Part shown: positions 1 to 12,287 of the stretch, piece after piece | How the letters are laid out: each line of letters starts with the position of its first letter | How positions within the stretch are numbered: position 1 is the stretch's first letter | Assembly: GCA_010093815.1 (NCBI GenBank) | Contig: ML996567.1 | Origin: Pseudovirgaria hyperparasitica | Taxonomy: Eukaryota | Reading direction: 5' to 3' (one strand) | DNA length: 41,230 bases | Position numbers and translations under genes: made by a program | Notes under the pieces: generated by a model | What the model was told of the DNA's origin: nothing | The model's input: the letters and a program-made list of their open reading frames with translations, nothing else | The model's database searches: none

Positions 1-2208
1 CAGAGGGAGCTTCCACATGTTGCTGAAGAGGACGAAGGGCTCGGAATCGATATTAGCGGGCTGGAAGGACCCATCGCTCTTCAGTCAATCCATAGGGGAA
101 GACCAGCCAACGTCTCAGATCAACTCGATGCCGACGAGGATGCCATGTATGCTGGCCATGCGGCAGAGTTTGAACGACTAGAAGCTCATGATAGGGCCCT
201 CGGACTGGGTATGGCAAATGTTGTGGAAGCAGCTTTCGAAACTTCTACTACTTCCAAAGTCACTCCTTCCCAAGGCATGACGATAATACATAAGCGGGAA
301 CTGTCAAATCAAAATGTTGCAGCCCAGGACGCCGCAGAGAAGACTGGCGAGATACTTGCTGTGCCTGAAACTCCAGCATTCGACATCAGCACATTTGGCG
401 GTGGTGACATTGGCACAAGCGATCCACTCAGCGTGAACGCGGAATCACGGGACGTATCTGATAAGCCTATGAGTTACTTCTTCCCGGAAGATAAGGAGAT
501 GCCGGACTGGCGACCAGTGTCGATGCGCTGGTTTTATGTCGGCCTTCTAGTCTTACTCGCTTTCACCCTGGCTGGACTACAGGAATATCTTTGTCAACTC
601 TCCATTAAGAAGAAGAAGGAAGGTGGTGGCATTCTGGCATTCAAGGAGGCCAACGAACTCAGCGTTCTAGCATACTTTACATGGAAGTACGCGCCCACCA
701 TTGTCCTGCTATCTTACGGTATTCTCTGGCAAATCACCGACTACGAAATTAAGCGTCTCGAGCCCTACTATCAACTCTCTAAACGAACAGGTGCCACCGC
801 AGCAGAGTCCCTTAATATCGACTACATATCACTTATTTCATACTTTGTACCTTTCCAAGCTGTCCGACATGGCCATTGGGCTGTTGTAATCTCCTCTATG
901 GGATATCTTTCAGCCGGCTCAATTGTGCCCATTCTCCAGTCTGCATCCGTAAACATATATCCTGATAAGGCACACCGGAAAGAAAATGAGTTCAAATACG
1001 TTCTGATTGATCCCGGCTGGTCACGTGCCGTCTCGGCAGTATTGGTCTTTGCTGCCATTCTGGGTATTGCCTTATTGGTCTCAATACGGCGCAAATCAGG
1101 CCTTCTGTCCGATCCCAAGGGTATCGCAGGCATTGCAGCCATGGCTACGCGCAGCCATATCCTCAACGATTTCCGCGGCTTAGACACCGCAAGCCAGAAC
1201 ACTATCAATAAACAACTACGGCACCGAAGATACATTCTACACAAGAGTGCCCTATGGCAAGGAGAGTACATCCGTAACTCGGCCCACACAATCCGCGAAC
1301 ACCACACGGATTCCCGACCGATTATGCTCACGAAACGTGCGGGTTACCCGTTCGTCGGCTCCATTGTTGTCGTCGCAATTCTTATACCTATTTTTATGTT
1401 TATTCCATCAGCAAACGTCCTCACTGAAAAAGTGCCTTTTCTCCTTACCGCCATCGCTACCGGCATCAAACTCATCTGGGGCTCTCTTGACATGAGCATG
1501 CGGCTCATGGAACCCTGGGTCATCCTCAGCATGCGCGGCGCCCCTGCCTCGACACTCACCCTGGACTACACTGGCACGATACCCGGATATTTGTCTTTGA
1601 AAGCCCTCGTGAACAAACACTACCTCGTGAGTCTCGTCGGAATTGGAGCCATCCTCACTGAGATACTCACTGTATGTGCATCCTCGTTCTCTGTCGACGG
1701 CCTCAAATTCATCGCTGGCCAAGACGGGGGGCTAGGCAGTAGCAGTGGTGATCCTCCAGACATGCTACGCCTACGCGACGAAGATGACGTCGATGATGGT
1801 GTGTCTCGCTCCAACTCTGGAGAGACGTTCAAATCATTCTGGGTATCATTCGGCCTATCCATCACTATTCTTATCTACCTCACTATCGTAGCTATCCTAT
1901 GCCTCGTCCGACGCAGCAAGAAAATTATGCCGCGTACGCCGGGTCCAATCGCATCTACGCTAGCCTTCATCCACCAGAGTAAGATGCTGAATGTGTTTGT
2001 GGGCGCTGAACGGTTCGATAGCGTCAGGATGACCAAGTGGTTGGAGGGCAAAGGCGGGAGGTACGGCTTGGGCTGGTTCAATGGCAGAGACTCAGAGGAT
2101 CATTGTGGTGTTGATGAGGAGCCTTTACTGGCGAGCTATGAGTGGGGTAAAGATTGGACAAAGGGGAGGTTGGTTGGGGGTGAAGTTGGCGGGTGGGAGC
2201 ATTTTTGA
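1..2208 (+). CDS. DUF3433-type multi-pass membrane protein (spray-like), 5' end outside window
   Basis: Frame is open from base 1 into the 687-aa ORF. Two similar hydrophobic halves each carry 'RLEPYYQLS/RLMEPWVILS ... LNIDY/LTLDY' motifs typical of DUF3433 proteins. Confidence 0.75.
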   Translation, partial: QRELPHVAEEDEGLGIDISGLEGPIALQSIHRGRPANVSDQLDADEDAMYAGHAAEFERLEAHDRALGLGMANVVEAAFETSTTSKVTPSQGMTIIHKRELSNQNVAAQDAAEKTGEILAVPETPAFDISTFGGGDIGTSDPLSVNAESRDVSDKPMSYFFPEDKEMPDWRPVSMRWFYVGLLVLLAFTLAGLQEYLCQLSIKKKKEGGGILAFKEANELSVLAYFTWKYAPTIVLLSYGILWQITDYEIKRLEPYYQLSKRTGATAAESLNIDYISLISYFVPFQAVRHGHWAVVISSMGYLSAGSIVPILQSASVNIYPDKAHRKENEFKYVLIDPGWSRAVSAVLVFAAILGIALLVSIRRKSGLLSDPKGIAGIAAMATRSHILNDFRGLDTASQNTINKQLRHRRYILHKSALWQGEYIRNSAHTIREHHTDSRPIMLTKRAGYPFVGSIVVVAILIPIFMFIPSANVLTEKVPFLLTAIATGIKLIWGSLDMSMRLMEPWVILSMRGAPASTLTLDYTGTIPGYLSLKALVNKHYLVSLVGIGAILTEILTVCASSFSVDGLKFIAGQDGGLGSSSGDPPDMLRLRDEDDVDDGVSRSNSGETFKSFWVSFGLSITILIYLTIVAILCLVRRSKKIMPRTPGPIASTLAFIHQSKMLNVFVGAERFDSVRMTKWLEGKGGRYGLGWFNGRDSEDHCGVDEEPLLASYEWGKDWTKGRLVGGEVGGWEHF

Positions 2209-2403
2209 TGCATGTAGTAGACTGGGTTTAGAGACATACAGGCGCGTGTTGCCAAGTCGAGCGTGTTAAGGGGTGTTCAAGTCGCTTAGTTGTATTGTCA
2301 TGTACCCATACGCTAATGGTCCATTGCATTCAGCAATATTATTCAACTGCAAATGTTCTACCGTCTAATCGTAACAATCATATCCTCTTCATCTTATCTC
2401 ATG

Positions 2404-5400
2404 TCATCTTCCCATTCTAATACTCTCACCTCCTTCCCTTATGATGCCAAACTCCGCGACCTGTGCCCCCTTTTCTCCACCTGCCTGAGTCCCCTCAATT
2501 ACAAGCGTGGCGTACCGCCCACTCCACACGGGACTTTCCAGCGTCACATTCGTCGTATTCCCCAGATATACCCCCACTATATCCCCAGCCGTGGCTGGAT
2601 CGTACGGCTCGCTAATTGCAACGTTCTGGCTTGTTGTCACGTTCACAATCATCCCTTGGTCGGCGGTTCCAAATGGCGGCAGCGTACTGTTGCTGAAAAC
2701 TACACTGAATGAGATTGGTGGGCTGCGTGACCAGGCGAGGTGTATGGCTGTAATGGGATAGAATCTATCTCCTGGAATGCCTTTCTCGCTGCCGGTGCTC
2801 GACGAGAGGTCTACACTGATCCATGCTTCTGTTGCGCTGGCTGGTTGCCATACGGTGCTGATTGCGCCATCGACCGCGCTGAGAGGCATTTGCCCCGGGA
2901 CGTATGGCTGCGGCGACGATGCTAGTGGGCGACATTGTGCGATGTTGTTTTCCCATGTTGAGATTGTGCCAATGCGGCGGTTTGGTAGTGTGATTGTGGA
3001 GTTAGGTGCAAGAGGAATGGTAGAGTTTGAGGAAAGACCATGGGAGATGGGAATGGGGGAGGTAGTGTACTTTGAGTTTGCGGATGGAAGCGAGTGTGGG
3101 AGGCGGGAGAGGGTAGTGTGTGTCTGGTTGCTTCGGGCAGTGATCGCGTGACCTTGCCAGTAGATGGTACGATATGTCAGGTGTGGGATCTGAGGCGGCA
3201 GGTTGGGGTTGATGGAGAGAGCGTCTAGGGAGAGGTTGAGGCCAAGGTAGCCGAAGACGGCGACGCGGTGGGACCCGCCTGTGCCGGTCAGGAATGGGTA
3301 TGCTGGGTTTGCACCACCGTTGGAAGAGGGATCGTCTACAAGTTGTTCTGAGTATTGGAACCATGGGCCGCGTATGTACGGCTCGGTGCCGTAGATGTCA
3401 TATGTGTAGGCAGAGCAGCCCGAGGGGGAGAACTTGTTGGCGACGATGCTGAAGACGCTGTATGTCATTCCGGGACCATCTTGCGATTGACGGCCGGCGT
3501 AGTAGTCGAGGTTGGAGAGAGAGTAGGGGTTGGGGTAGTCGAGGAAGTCGTCAATGAGGACAACGTCTGCTTGTTTCACGTTGATGGAGCCATTCATGGT
3601 GTCGTACTCAAGGATTATGGAGGCTTTTTCATTGACAGGAAGATCAAGAGACGAGGCTCGCTCAGAATATGCGTCAATGGTGGGCATGTTGAAGATATGG
3701 CGAAAACGGTTGGTATTGTTAAGATGCTTTTCGATGAGTGCGGTGGTGAAGCCGGCCTTGTCGACATGATTAGCGTACTCGTCGGGATCTGTAGCATTTT
3801 TGAGGCTATATAGCTTCGTTGTTTCGTTATAGTCGAGAAGGTCTGTGTAAAATGTTGCAATGGCATCATAGATTGGGAAGAGCTCGTTCCGGAAATAGTC
3901 AATGTCACCACTGACAATCCAATAGTTGACGAATTCAAGCCCGATATCTCCATTTAAATGATACTCATAGTCGAATGCTGGTCCCGCCGCTGTCGAGTTA
4001 CCAAACCGTCCGCTAATCCAGGGGTAAGCTGCTCCTCTGGGGGAGAACCGGGCTGTCTGATTTTTGGAAGACTGATATGCTGTATTAATGTTCTCCTGAG
4101 CAGCTGGGAACTTGTTGACACGATACTGCGCAATTTGCTTCGCCACCTGGGGTTGAGAGACGACTAGTCCCGGTTGCATCCAAGTTTCGGCATCCCAAAA
4201 GATCCAGCCAGCATAGCAATCAGAACCCAGTCCACAAACGCTGATGCTGTTTCCGCCGAGATTGATATTGTGTCCCGCTTCTGCAATAGCATTCTCTCCC
4301 ACAGTTTGCTGCAAGAGCTGGTATGGATTGGAAACGGCAAGAATTTGAAGCTCGACGATTTGTGGATCTTCAGGGAGACTTCCGTCATCTGCACGGAAGC
4401 TATCAACCGAGTCGTCAGAGAAGATATTGTGCCATTCTGTGACATGTGACTCTAGTAGACTCGCAAATCCAGCGTCCGCACCAGAAAGTGAAGCAGACCG
4501 TGCCGTCTTCTGTGGATCAGAAAATGCGTCACTTGATGCACCGCCAATGTGTTTTTCGACTTCAGTAGTATGTTTAGCTAGCAGCTGAGCGGGAATTGAC
4601 TGTGCGATTGAAGACTGATTCCCACCAATACCGCCAGAAACGAGCTGTGTAGCCAAAATATCGTTGCAGCTAGATGTTAGAGTAGAATAAATATATGCCG
4701 TGACGTTGCTGACGCCATTCGGTCGGACCGCAGACCAAATGGTAGCAGCATCATGACCCTTGTCCACAAAGTCTGTCCGGACCGCAGCATCGCCTGCTAG
4801 GACGTCTGTAATGGTAACCAGAGTATCGCGAGAAGGTGTCATCTTGAGCTGTACAGCTGCTTGATTGACGTATAACTTATGCACAAACATGTTGTACTCG
4901 ATGTTGATTGCTTGGGTTTCGGAAGGAGCCCACGTGTAGTCCCACGACAGAAGTCCCTTCTTCATGTCTAGTGTTGAGGAGAAATTGAATATTTGAGAAG
5001 CGTGGGTGGATGCATCTAATACATTGCCATCGACTTCAATCGTCAGTCCCGCCCAATGAGGGACACCAGATATAACGCTCTCTCCACCATACTGATATAG
5101 CCATTCGAAGTTGGTTCCATTTGTCCTTGGCTGTGAATCATAGAATCCAGCAATGGTCCCAAACGCTTGTCTTCTGGTAAATAATGGCCATCCACTGACT
5201 GCTCCTGGCTCGTCAACTTCGAAGAACGGACCCAGGGCAGCGATGCTGATACCAAGATAGCCATTGGCCAGGGACATGCGCGACTGGAACTTGCCCTGCT
5301 CTAGGGTACGAGTAGTCAGCTGCCAGTTGTTGTCATCCCAGGTCACATCTTCAAAGCGAGTATCGTATAGCCTCGCTGAGGCATGAAGTGATTGGGACAG

Positions 5401-5433
5401 GAGTAAAAGACAAAAATGCCAATTGAAGATCAT
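2404..5433 (-). CDS. treA: Secreted acid trehalase, glycoside hydrolase family 65 (treA/ATH1-like)
   Basis: 1009-aa intronless ORF with signal peptide. GH65 motifs: SLANGYLG, GWIFWDAETW, EYHLNGDI, TDPDEYAN, VKQADV, PFLTGTGG. C-terminal beta-sandwich-like region. Confidence 0.9.
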   Translation of the reverse strand: MIFNWHFCLLLLSQSLHASARLYDTRFEDVTWDDNNWQLTTRTLEQGKFQSRMSLANGYLGISIAALGPFFEVDEPGAVSGWPLFTRRQAFGTIAGFYDSQPRTNGTNFEWLYQYGGESVISGVPHWAGLTIEVDGNVLDASTHASQIFNFSSTLDMKKGLLSWDYTWAPSETQAINIEYNMFVHKLYVNQAAVQLKMTPSRDTLVTITDVLAGDAAVRTDFVDKGHDAATIWSAVRPNGVSNVTAYIYSTLTSSCNDILATQLVSGGIGGNQSSIAQSIPAQLLAKHTTEVEKHIGGASSDAFSDPQKTARSASLSGADAGFASLLESHVTEWHNIFSDDSVDSFRADDGSLPEDPQIVELQILAVSNPYQLLQQTVGENAIAEAGHNINLGGNSISVCGLGSDCYAGWIFWDAETWMQPGLVVSQPQVAKQIAQYRVNKFPAAQENINTAYQSSKNQTARFSPRGAAYPWISGRFGNSTAAGPAFDYEYHLNGDIGLEFVNYWIVSGDIDYFRNELFPIYDAIATFYTDLLDYNETTKLYSLKNATDPDEYANHVDKAGFTTALIEKHLNNTNRFRHIFNMPTIDAYSERASSLDLPVNEKASIILEYDTMNGSINVKQADVVLIDDFLDYPNPYSLSNLDYYAGRQSQDGPGMTYSVFSIVANKFSPSGCSAYTYDIYGTEPYIRGPWFQYSEQLVDDPSSNGGANPAYPFLTGTGGSHRVAVFGYLGLNLSLDALSINPNLPPQIPHLTYRTIYWQGHAITARSNQTHTTLSRLPHSLPSANSKYTTSPIPISHGLSSNSTIPLAPNSTITLPNRRIGTISTWENNIAQCRPLASSPQPYVPGQMPLSAVDGAISTVWQPASATEAWISVDLSSSTGSEKGIPGDRFYPITAIHLAWSRSPPISFSVVFSNSTLPPFGTADQGMIVNVTTSQNVAISEPYDPATAGDIVGVYLGNTTNVTLESPVWSGRYATLVIEGTQAGGEKGAQVAEFGIIREGGESIRMGR

Positions 5434-5959
5434 ACTTGTGTTAACTCTAGTTGAAGAATGGACTGCGTGACCCTTTCGATCATGAAGTCAATGAAACTAT
5501 TGACAAGTCTGGGAAGAGAGCGAAGGGGCGGCGACTTGCTTGTAGGACGTCTGCGATTCTGGGCATTGTTAGGGCACAAGGAGCGCGTGACTGGTGCTGA
5601 TGAGTGAATAATATGGATGAGCCAGCCTAGACCAATCAACACGCAAGGTTGGAACTGGGCTTCAAGTAACCTCAGGCATCCATCATGCAAGTGACGTCGT
5701 GCGGCTCCCTCACCCCGCTACAGCTGTCAGGCCACTGCGTTCCTGATTCTGCGAGGGCCGAGAGACGGACTGCGTACTAAGGTACCAACTTATTCATCCT
5801 TGCGCCTTGTGGCCTTAGGCTTGTAATGCAGATTGCAGCCATGCCTCGGCTAGATGAGGTTTAACTGAGCGAGCGTGGCAATCGATGTCCTTCTCCTGAA
5901 CCTGGCTCTACAGCTTCGATTGTCTCGGCATCGTCTGATTGACTGAAAGTACAGAAACC

Positions 5960-6940
5960 ATGCTGGCTATACGAAGCACAGCACGGCTCACTTCCCGGAT
6001 CTGCCCTGTGAGCTTTCCCCGTATCCTGCGACCATACTCAACTGAGCTGTCTGGCTACGAATACATCAATATCAGCACACCAAGACCTGGCGTCGGTCTG
6101 GGTAAGCTGGCTGCGATTTCACATACTCGAGATGCTGGAAGACTAACCGGCATTTCTCTAGTCACCTTCAACCGGCCTAGAGCCCTCAACGCCCTGTTCA
6201 CGCCACTCTTTCGTGAGCTGAATGACGCCCTCAGGAAGCTCGACAAAGATGCAGAAGTTGGTGCTGTTGTTCTGACCGGCTCCGAAAAAGCCTTTGCTGC
6301 CGGTGCGGATATCAAGGAAATGAAAGACAAGACATTCTCTGATGCATATGGCGACGATTTCATTGAGCTGTGGTCCGAAATGGCCTCTGCCATAAAGAAG
6401 CCCGTCATCTCGGCTGTCAATGGATACGCGCTAGGAGGCGGATGTGAGCTTGCCATGATGGCGGATATCATGTATGTCTCCATGGGCGCGACGCTAGGTC
6501 AACCAGAGATCAAGCTAGGCATCATACCGGGTGCTGGCGGCTCTCAAAGATTGACAAAGGCTGTTGGAAAGAGCAAAGCTATGGAGCTCATTTTGACTGG
6601 CAACAACTTCTCAGGAAAAGAGGCTGAGCAGTGGGGTCTAGCTGCCAAGGCATTTCAGACTCCTGAAGAGTGTTTAGAGGGAGCAATTACGACCGCAGAA
6701 AGGATTGCATCATACAGCCGGATTGCTGTCAAGGCCGCGAAGGAGGTTGTCAATAAGAGCCAGGATCTTGGAGTGCGAGAAGGTGTTGAGTACGAGCGAA
6801 GAGTATTCCACGGCATGTTTGGAAGTAAGGATCAGAAGATTGGTAAGTTGCACACCGCGTGAACAAGATAGATCTCTAATAAATCCCCAGGCATGGCGGC
6901 ATTTGCGGCTAAGCAGAAGCCGGAATGGGAGAATGCTTAG
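5960..6940 (+). CDS. echA: Mitochondrial short-chain enoyl-CoA hydratase (crotonase family)
   Basis: ATG at 5960 with Arg/Ser-rich presequence. Motifs AFAAGADIKEM, GYALGGGCELAM, GQPEIKLG. Introns 6102-6161 and 6843-6890. Last exon GMAAFAAKQKPEWENA*. Confidence 0.92.
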
Positions 6941-7315
6941 CTTTCACTATTTGACAAGACAAATTCCAACCAAACATGTACACAAGACTATACTTACGCA
7001 ACCTAGTGCGGAAAGGGATTTGATTAATCTGCCTCTGCACCATCTCGCCAGCTTACCCCGTTACCACAGATGCTGGTTTATCGTGTCGACCACTCAAAAA
7101 GCTTCATTCGACGTGCTAGATATATGGTGCGGTCCTTGCAATTACCGCTGTAAGCATGACGTCTTGCCCTGCCCTGTACCAGGATGACACGGAAAACACT
7201 AGGATACAGGCAAAGGGCACCATTAGAATCGTCTTCGAGATGACAATGCATTGTCGAACACCGATCTTGATTCATGGTCTGCTGTAATGTGGTATGTGCA
7301 CAACTTACTATAACC

Positions 7316-8636
7316 TCAAATATGCTGCCTATGTAGACTCGGACTATGAACATCTAGCGAGTCAGCCTCCGTATCTCCCCTCACAATATCAATTCGCGTG
7401 TTAACCACGATCCCCTTCTGGTCGTCCGCACTCTTTCCAAAGTTCTGCCCGAAACCTTCACTCCTGTCATACACCAATTCATCCTGCGACTCACTGTTTC
7501 GCCGCACTGCCGTAGATCCGCCTGTGATGACTGTGCTGCCGTGTCGCAGTCGTGAGCCCTGTGTGGAGGACAGCTCGTACTGCCTTCCGTATGTGCCATA
7601 ATTGGATTGTGAACCGCGACCGAGTATAATGGCACGGAGGGCTGCGATGCCAACGTCATCAACTCGAGATTTTGCAAGGGTGTTACCGAGTAGTTTTACA
7701 TACCAGGGAGACAAGCAGCGATAATGGCAACGGCAATCTCAACTACAAGCATTGTGCACGACAGCATCGTGTCGCCCTGATTTCCATAGTAGGCCCGCAC
7801 GATGCTTGCAACTGGCACAAACACGCCGAGAACGAAGATGCCGATAACGCCGAACTTTTGCTTGCGCTTCATGCGTAGCCTCAGTACCATGGAGATAGGT
7901 AGGATGATGATTGCTATGTCAGTGAAGATGTTTGTGAGAACTGTGAGCCAAAAGTTAACCTGTGAGCCCTTGGCGTCGCACTGGTCTGGGATAGTTGTAA
8001 GTTCAGAAATGCTTGCGTAGAATTGGATCATCGTACAGTCAAGGTCAAGAGACCAGCGCTTGTCGAGCGGCAGGCAATGAAGGAAGATGTCAAGGAACAG
8101 CACGGTCCACGTTATTGCAAGGACAATCAGTGCCACGTTGTAGGCTCTTTGCAACCTTGAGCCACTCACGGTGAGGCTTTTGTAGAAGATCACAAGAGCC
8201 GCTTTGATAGCCCACAGAGAGGAGATGTATAGAATGGACCCGGGTATGTCGACCTGAATTAGTCAGTGCACTGAGTACGTACGGAGGACTTTATAAGCCC
8301 GTACTTTTAGGATATTGACAACTCCTTCCAGGGTCATCGTCTCGATGTTGGCAATACCGTTGTTCCACATGTACTGCTGAACACCCAAGCACCCAACAAG
8401 ACAACTTGCCGACATGACCAGCAGGAAATCGTCGATGGTCAAATTGCCTATCTTCGACCATCGTGTACAGAGGCGAAGAGCAAGTAAGACGAGAGCGCAG
8501 CCGGTGAGGATGTACCAGGACACCTGATCCCAAGTCAGTATACAAACGCACGTCAAAGGTTCTTCTAGGATTACTGTGCGTAGATAGACCACACAGCAAA
8601 GAGTGTTCTTACCACTTGCCCTCGCCCTTGAGCCAT
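7316..8636 (-). CDS. PTH11-like / fungal rhodopsin-domain integral membrane protein (no CFEM domain)
   Basis: Spliced ORF starting MAQGRGQV|VSWYIL. Motifs 'LRLCTR...LTIDDFL', 'NIFTDIAIIILP', 'KQKFGVIGIF', 'EIAVAIIAACLP'. Several GT-AG introns. Confidence 0.8.
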
Positions 8637-10413
8637 ATTCCTGACCTCTAGAACGTTAGGGATCCGCGATTAGAACATGAGCATGGCACAGGAGTACAAG
8701 GACTGATATAAGAAAGATCTGCACCGGAAATGCCGTAAGTTGGAGTCCATCATTGCTTTGTTCTCCCACCTGGGTTTCCCTTACGCTTGTCGGGTTTTCA
8801 ACGCCTAGTCTAGAGGTTATAAGAGGCTTTCAAACGACTCAAGCAGAAAACAGCAAACGCAACACCCGACTCGTCCAACAGTGGTAGATGACAAGCATTC
8901 CTCTTCCCGGACCATGCCGCTCCAAAGGCCAGAACGTGGCAAGGGACCAAGAATGTGGACTTGATGCCCGATGGGTGTGATTACATACGCTGTACATGAC
9001 TTGTAGACACCGGTTTCCAGGTTTTGGTACCACCTTAGGGGCTTATTGGTGGAAAGCTTAAACCCAAATTCTAGATTGTTTTTTCCGAACTTCGATGATA
9101 TTGACGAATAGACTGGTGTTACTTTCGGTTAAGATCCGTTGTGCGCTTGGAGGGATCCTGATACGAGTGCAATGTGGCACAGTCAAGCCTCAAGTTAGCG
9201 GACAGATGATCCCCCCGTTTACAACAAAGGATGACGACCTTCGTATGACCACATGATGCTTTCTAAAGATGGGGATGATCGGTACCTCGAAATAGTAAGG
9301 TGGAATCGGAGGTGTTCCCAGCGTGGTTCAGCCGTTCATCAGGCTGACCCTGCTGTTTGTCGCCACTGATAAGCAGTGATAGCTATACATTTGATAATCG
9401 ACACGGCTTACCAGAATCTTGTAGATGCGCATCTCAGTAGAAGACAGTCTTGCTATTAAAAAGATGTCGGAAGCCACAGAGCCGGTGGGATTTCTCCAAT
9501 TTGTCTTGCGAAAGTATTTAATGTGCAATCCCGCCATACACCGTACACTGACGATTGACCATCCGGTCTGCATTGGCTTGCAAGCTATCGCAGAGTGGTC
9601 GTGGGAAGTTGAATCAAACTCAAGCTAGAGAGACGTTGTGTCTGGATAACATAGTATCACCGACATCGATTAGGCTGTTCGTAGTTGTGCTGCCATGACT
9701 GCGATTAGCGTTGAACCTTGATACCTACGAAGTTCAATGACTGTGCCGCAATTGGCGTGAGGTGTGGCTACGAAGAACGAGGTATCAAGCAAATGTCATG
9801 ACTTTGCAATATGACATGTTACCTGACTCTTCCAATCCTCGAGATAGGAGCGACCAGCTAGAAGCTAGCCACCCTTCCTTCGTATAAGACTTTTTGGAAT
9901 GCACACCTGTGAGGCTCAGGGCTCAAAACCAAGATTTGCAATCTGTCTCCCTAAGCATGCTTTCGCAGCAGTAAATTGGGAATCTGTTTGTTTCTTTTAC
10001 TAACATTTAATGCTGGACCATGTGGCTTGTAGTATAATCTTGGAAGTGGTGACGTCGAGCTAGAATTGGGAGCGAACCAGGGTTCAGATGGAGGTGGGCT
10101 AAGGGGGCCTCGATATGAAACAAATCTCTCTCCGATATCAGAGACTAGTAGGTATATAGTACCCCTAGGGATGTGTGTAAGAGAACGATATTTGGTTTTC
10201 CCCTACTTTGAATATCAGGACGTTCTCCTGGGATAGATCCCTACTCAGATGGGTCAGTACTGAAAGTGCATTAAGGAAGCATAACGGAGCACGCATATAT
10301 CTATGCTAGTCCAAGTGTGGGCGAAGGAGACTTCAGATTATTTTAGGTAATTAGAGTGTAGCTTTACCAATGCTCATTCATTGTCATCTACGTTCTCGAC
10401 ACGTTTGCGCACA

Positions 10414-10977
10414 ATGACCAGAACATCAACATTTGACTTTGAATACGATCCTTCTGTGGCGGATTTCGCCGTATCCAAGCGCGCGTACCTTGATGCGCAT
10501 TCAGACGTTTCGTACCATTACATCGCCACAAGCGCGCTTGTTATAGACACCAGATACGTATCCATTCCTCGGGTCTTACTTCTGCAACGCGCTGCCAGCG
10601 ACTCCAAACCTAATCTATGGGAGCCTCCGGGCGGGGCTTGTGATGATGAAGATGCAAGCATCCTAAATGGTGCTGCCCGAGAACTATTGGAGGAGGCTGG
10701 CCTTCGAGCAACCCGAATCACCGAACTTGTCGGTGATCCGCATTTCTTCACGACGCGAAGTGGGAAGTTGGTTTGTCGATTCTATTTCGCAGCTCTGGTG
10801 GACATAAGTGATGAGAACACGCCTGTCGTGAAGCTAAACCCCAAAGAGCATCAACAGTTCGTTTGGGCAACTCTGGATGAGGTTAAGGCGAAACAAGTTG
10901 GTGACATTGCTCTGCAATTCACACGAGACGAAGTTCACCAAACGGTCTTACGAGCGTTACAATCTACGAATAATTAA
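10414..10977 (+). CDS. NUDIX hydrolase
   Basis: Nudix box WEPPGGACDDEDASILNGAARELLEEAGL, preceded by VLLLQRA and followed by LNPKEHQQFVW. Confidence 0.88.
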   Translation: MTRTSTFDFEYDPSVADFAVSKRAYLDAHSDVSYHYIATSALVIDTRYVSIPRVLLLQRAASDSKPNLWEPPGGACDDEDASILNGAARELLEEAGLRATRITELVGDPHFFTTRSGKLVCRFYFAALVDISDENTPVVKLNPKEHQQFVWATLDEVKAKQVGDIALQFTRDEVHQTVLRALQSTNN

Positions 10978-11519
10978 TTAGAGGAAGGTGCTATGAAATA
11001 TTATGGCGGAGCTAGCGATAAGATAGGGAAACTACTAGCCCGGTCAATCTTATTAGGAGTTATTGAGTGGTCACAACTGCCGGTTAGGACTGGTGGTTAG
11101 CACATCCATGAATTAAATAGCTCACGAGAGACTCTCTCACTCTCTTTCTCTCTCTCTCAATCTAACACTCTCTCACCTATAAGTAATTTAGTTCAATAAT
11201 TGACGTCTACAAACTCTCTCTTTACACGTCCATCTATGATTAGTAAACATAAGATAGCTGACTTCTGTGGTGGTGACAGTTGGGCCCTCCCACAGAATTG
11301 GGTATCCATCAACCTTCAAGGTCATCGCGCATGGTCGTGTCCATGATATGTGAGTTCTCTATGCCTTGCCGCGGTCTCTAGCCTATCTGATTACTATAGT
11401 GTAGCTCGTTGAGAATCTTCCATCCTCTCATCCATCCCTTTTCGTTTGATACTCCTCCCCCGCCTTTGCCAGATTACCGTGCGTTTAGTTTAGCTCTATC
11501 ATTCGGCGACATTTGTAGC

Positions 11520-12287
11520 ATGGATAATTGCTTCATCGAATATCCAACTGGATTTGGGTCAGAGGACATCGTCGCTTGGGGAAACACTGGCATGGTCTGC
11601 CTTGACGCTGCGTCGCAGACTGTCATTAAGACTCCACATGATGAGACACATGCCAATTCCCTCCAAGTCGAAAGACGCATCTACGAGCGATTCCAAGAAC
11701 GTGGCAACCATGACGGACTCTTACGATATCACGGGCCTTTTGACAAATTTGGCATTCGCCTAGAGTACGCGCCTGAGTTCAATCTCGGCTTGACCCTTTC
11801 TAAACGCACGGACATTGACCATGCTCAAAGACTCCGTTGGGTGCAGCAAATCACAGATGCAGTCGCTTTTATACACTCTGTTCAGGTTATTCATGGTGAT
11901 CTAACTTGTAGTAATGTTTTTTTGACAAAGCAACTTGATGCTAAGCTGGGAGACTTCGGAGGCTCTTCACTCGACGGGTCAGATCTACTGGTCGCAGTAA
12001 CCGAAAGCCACCGTTACCCTGGAGTGTTACTCTCAACGCAGGCCGACATATTTGCTCTTGGTTCCGTAATGTATCACATTATGACTGGAAATGCACCATA
12101 TCATAGCTGTTCTGACTATGAGATTGATGATCGTTTCCAAAGGGGCGAGTTCCCTAACACTACCTCCCTTGGGCTGGTTGGGCAAGTCATCACGAAGTGC
12201 TGGCAAGCAAAGTACGACAATGCAGAGGACGTACACAATGATATAAAACGCAATAGTACTCTCAAGCTTAAACTAGGTTCACTATAA
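11520..12287 (+). CDS. Small stand-alone protein kinase
   Basis: VIKTP, IHGDLTCSNV, DFG and ADIFALGS motifs; ATG at 11520. Confidence 0.85.
   Translation: MDNCFIEYPTGFGSEDIVAWGNTGMVCLDAASQTVIKTPHDETHANSLQVERRIYERFQERGNHDGLLRYHGPFDKFGIRLEYAPEFNLGLTLSKRTDIDHAQRLRWVQQITDAVAFIHSVQVIHGDLTCSNVFLTKQLDAKLGDFGGSSLDGSDLLVAVTESHRYPGVLLSTQADIFALGSVMYHIMTGNAPYHSCSDYEIDDRFQRGEFPNTTSLGLVGQVITKCWQAKYDNAEDVHNDIKRNSTLKLKLGSL

Noticed and set aside
6102..6161. Apparent 20-aa insertion in enoyl-CoA hydratase (similar case near 7986-8036)
   Set aside because: These are ordinary stop-free in-frame GT-AG introns.
700..7900. Many antisense or alternate-frame ORFs overlapping real genes
   Set aside because: They are shadows of GC-balanced coding sequence with no independent motifs.
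8700..10380. Short ORFs in the long intergenic region
   Set aside because: No recognisable domain or coherent exon structure.
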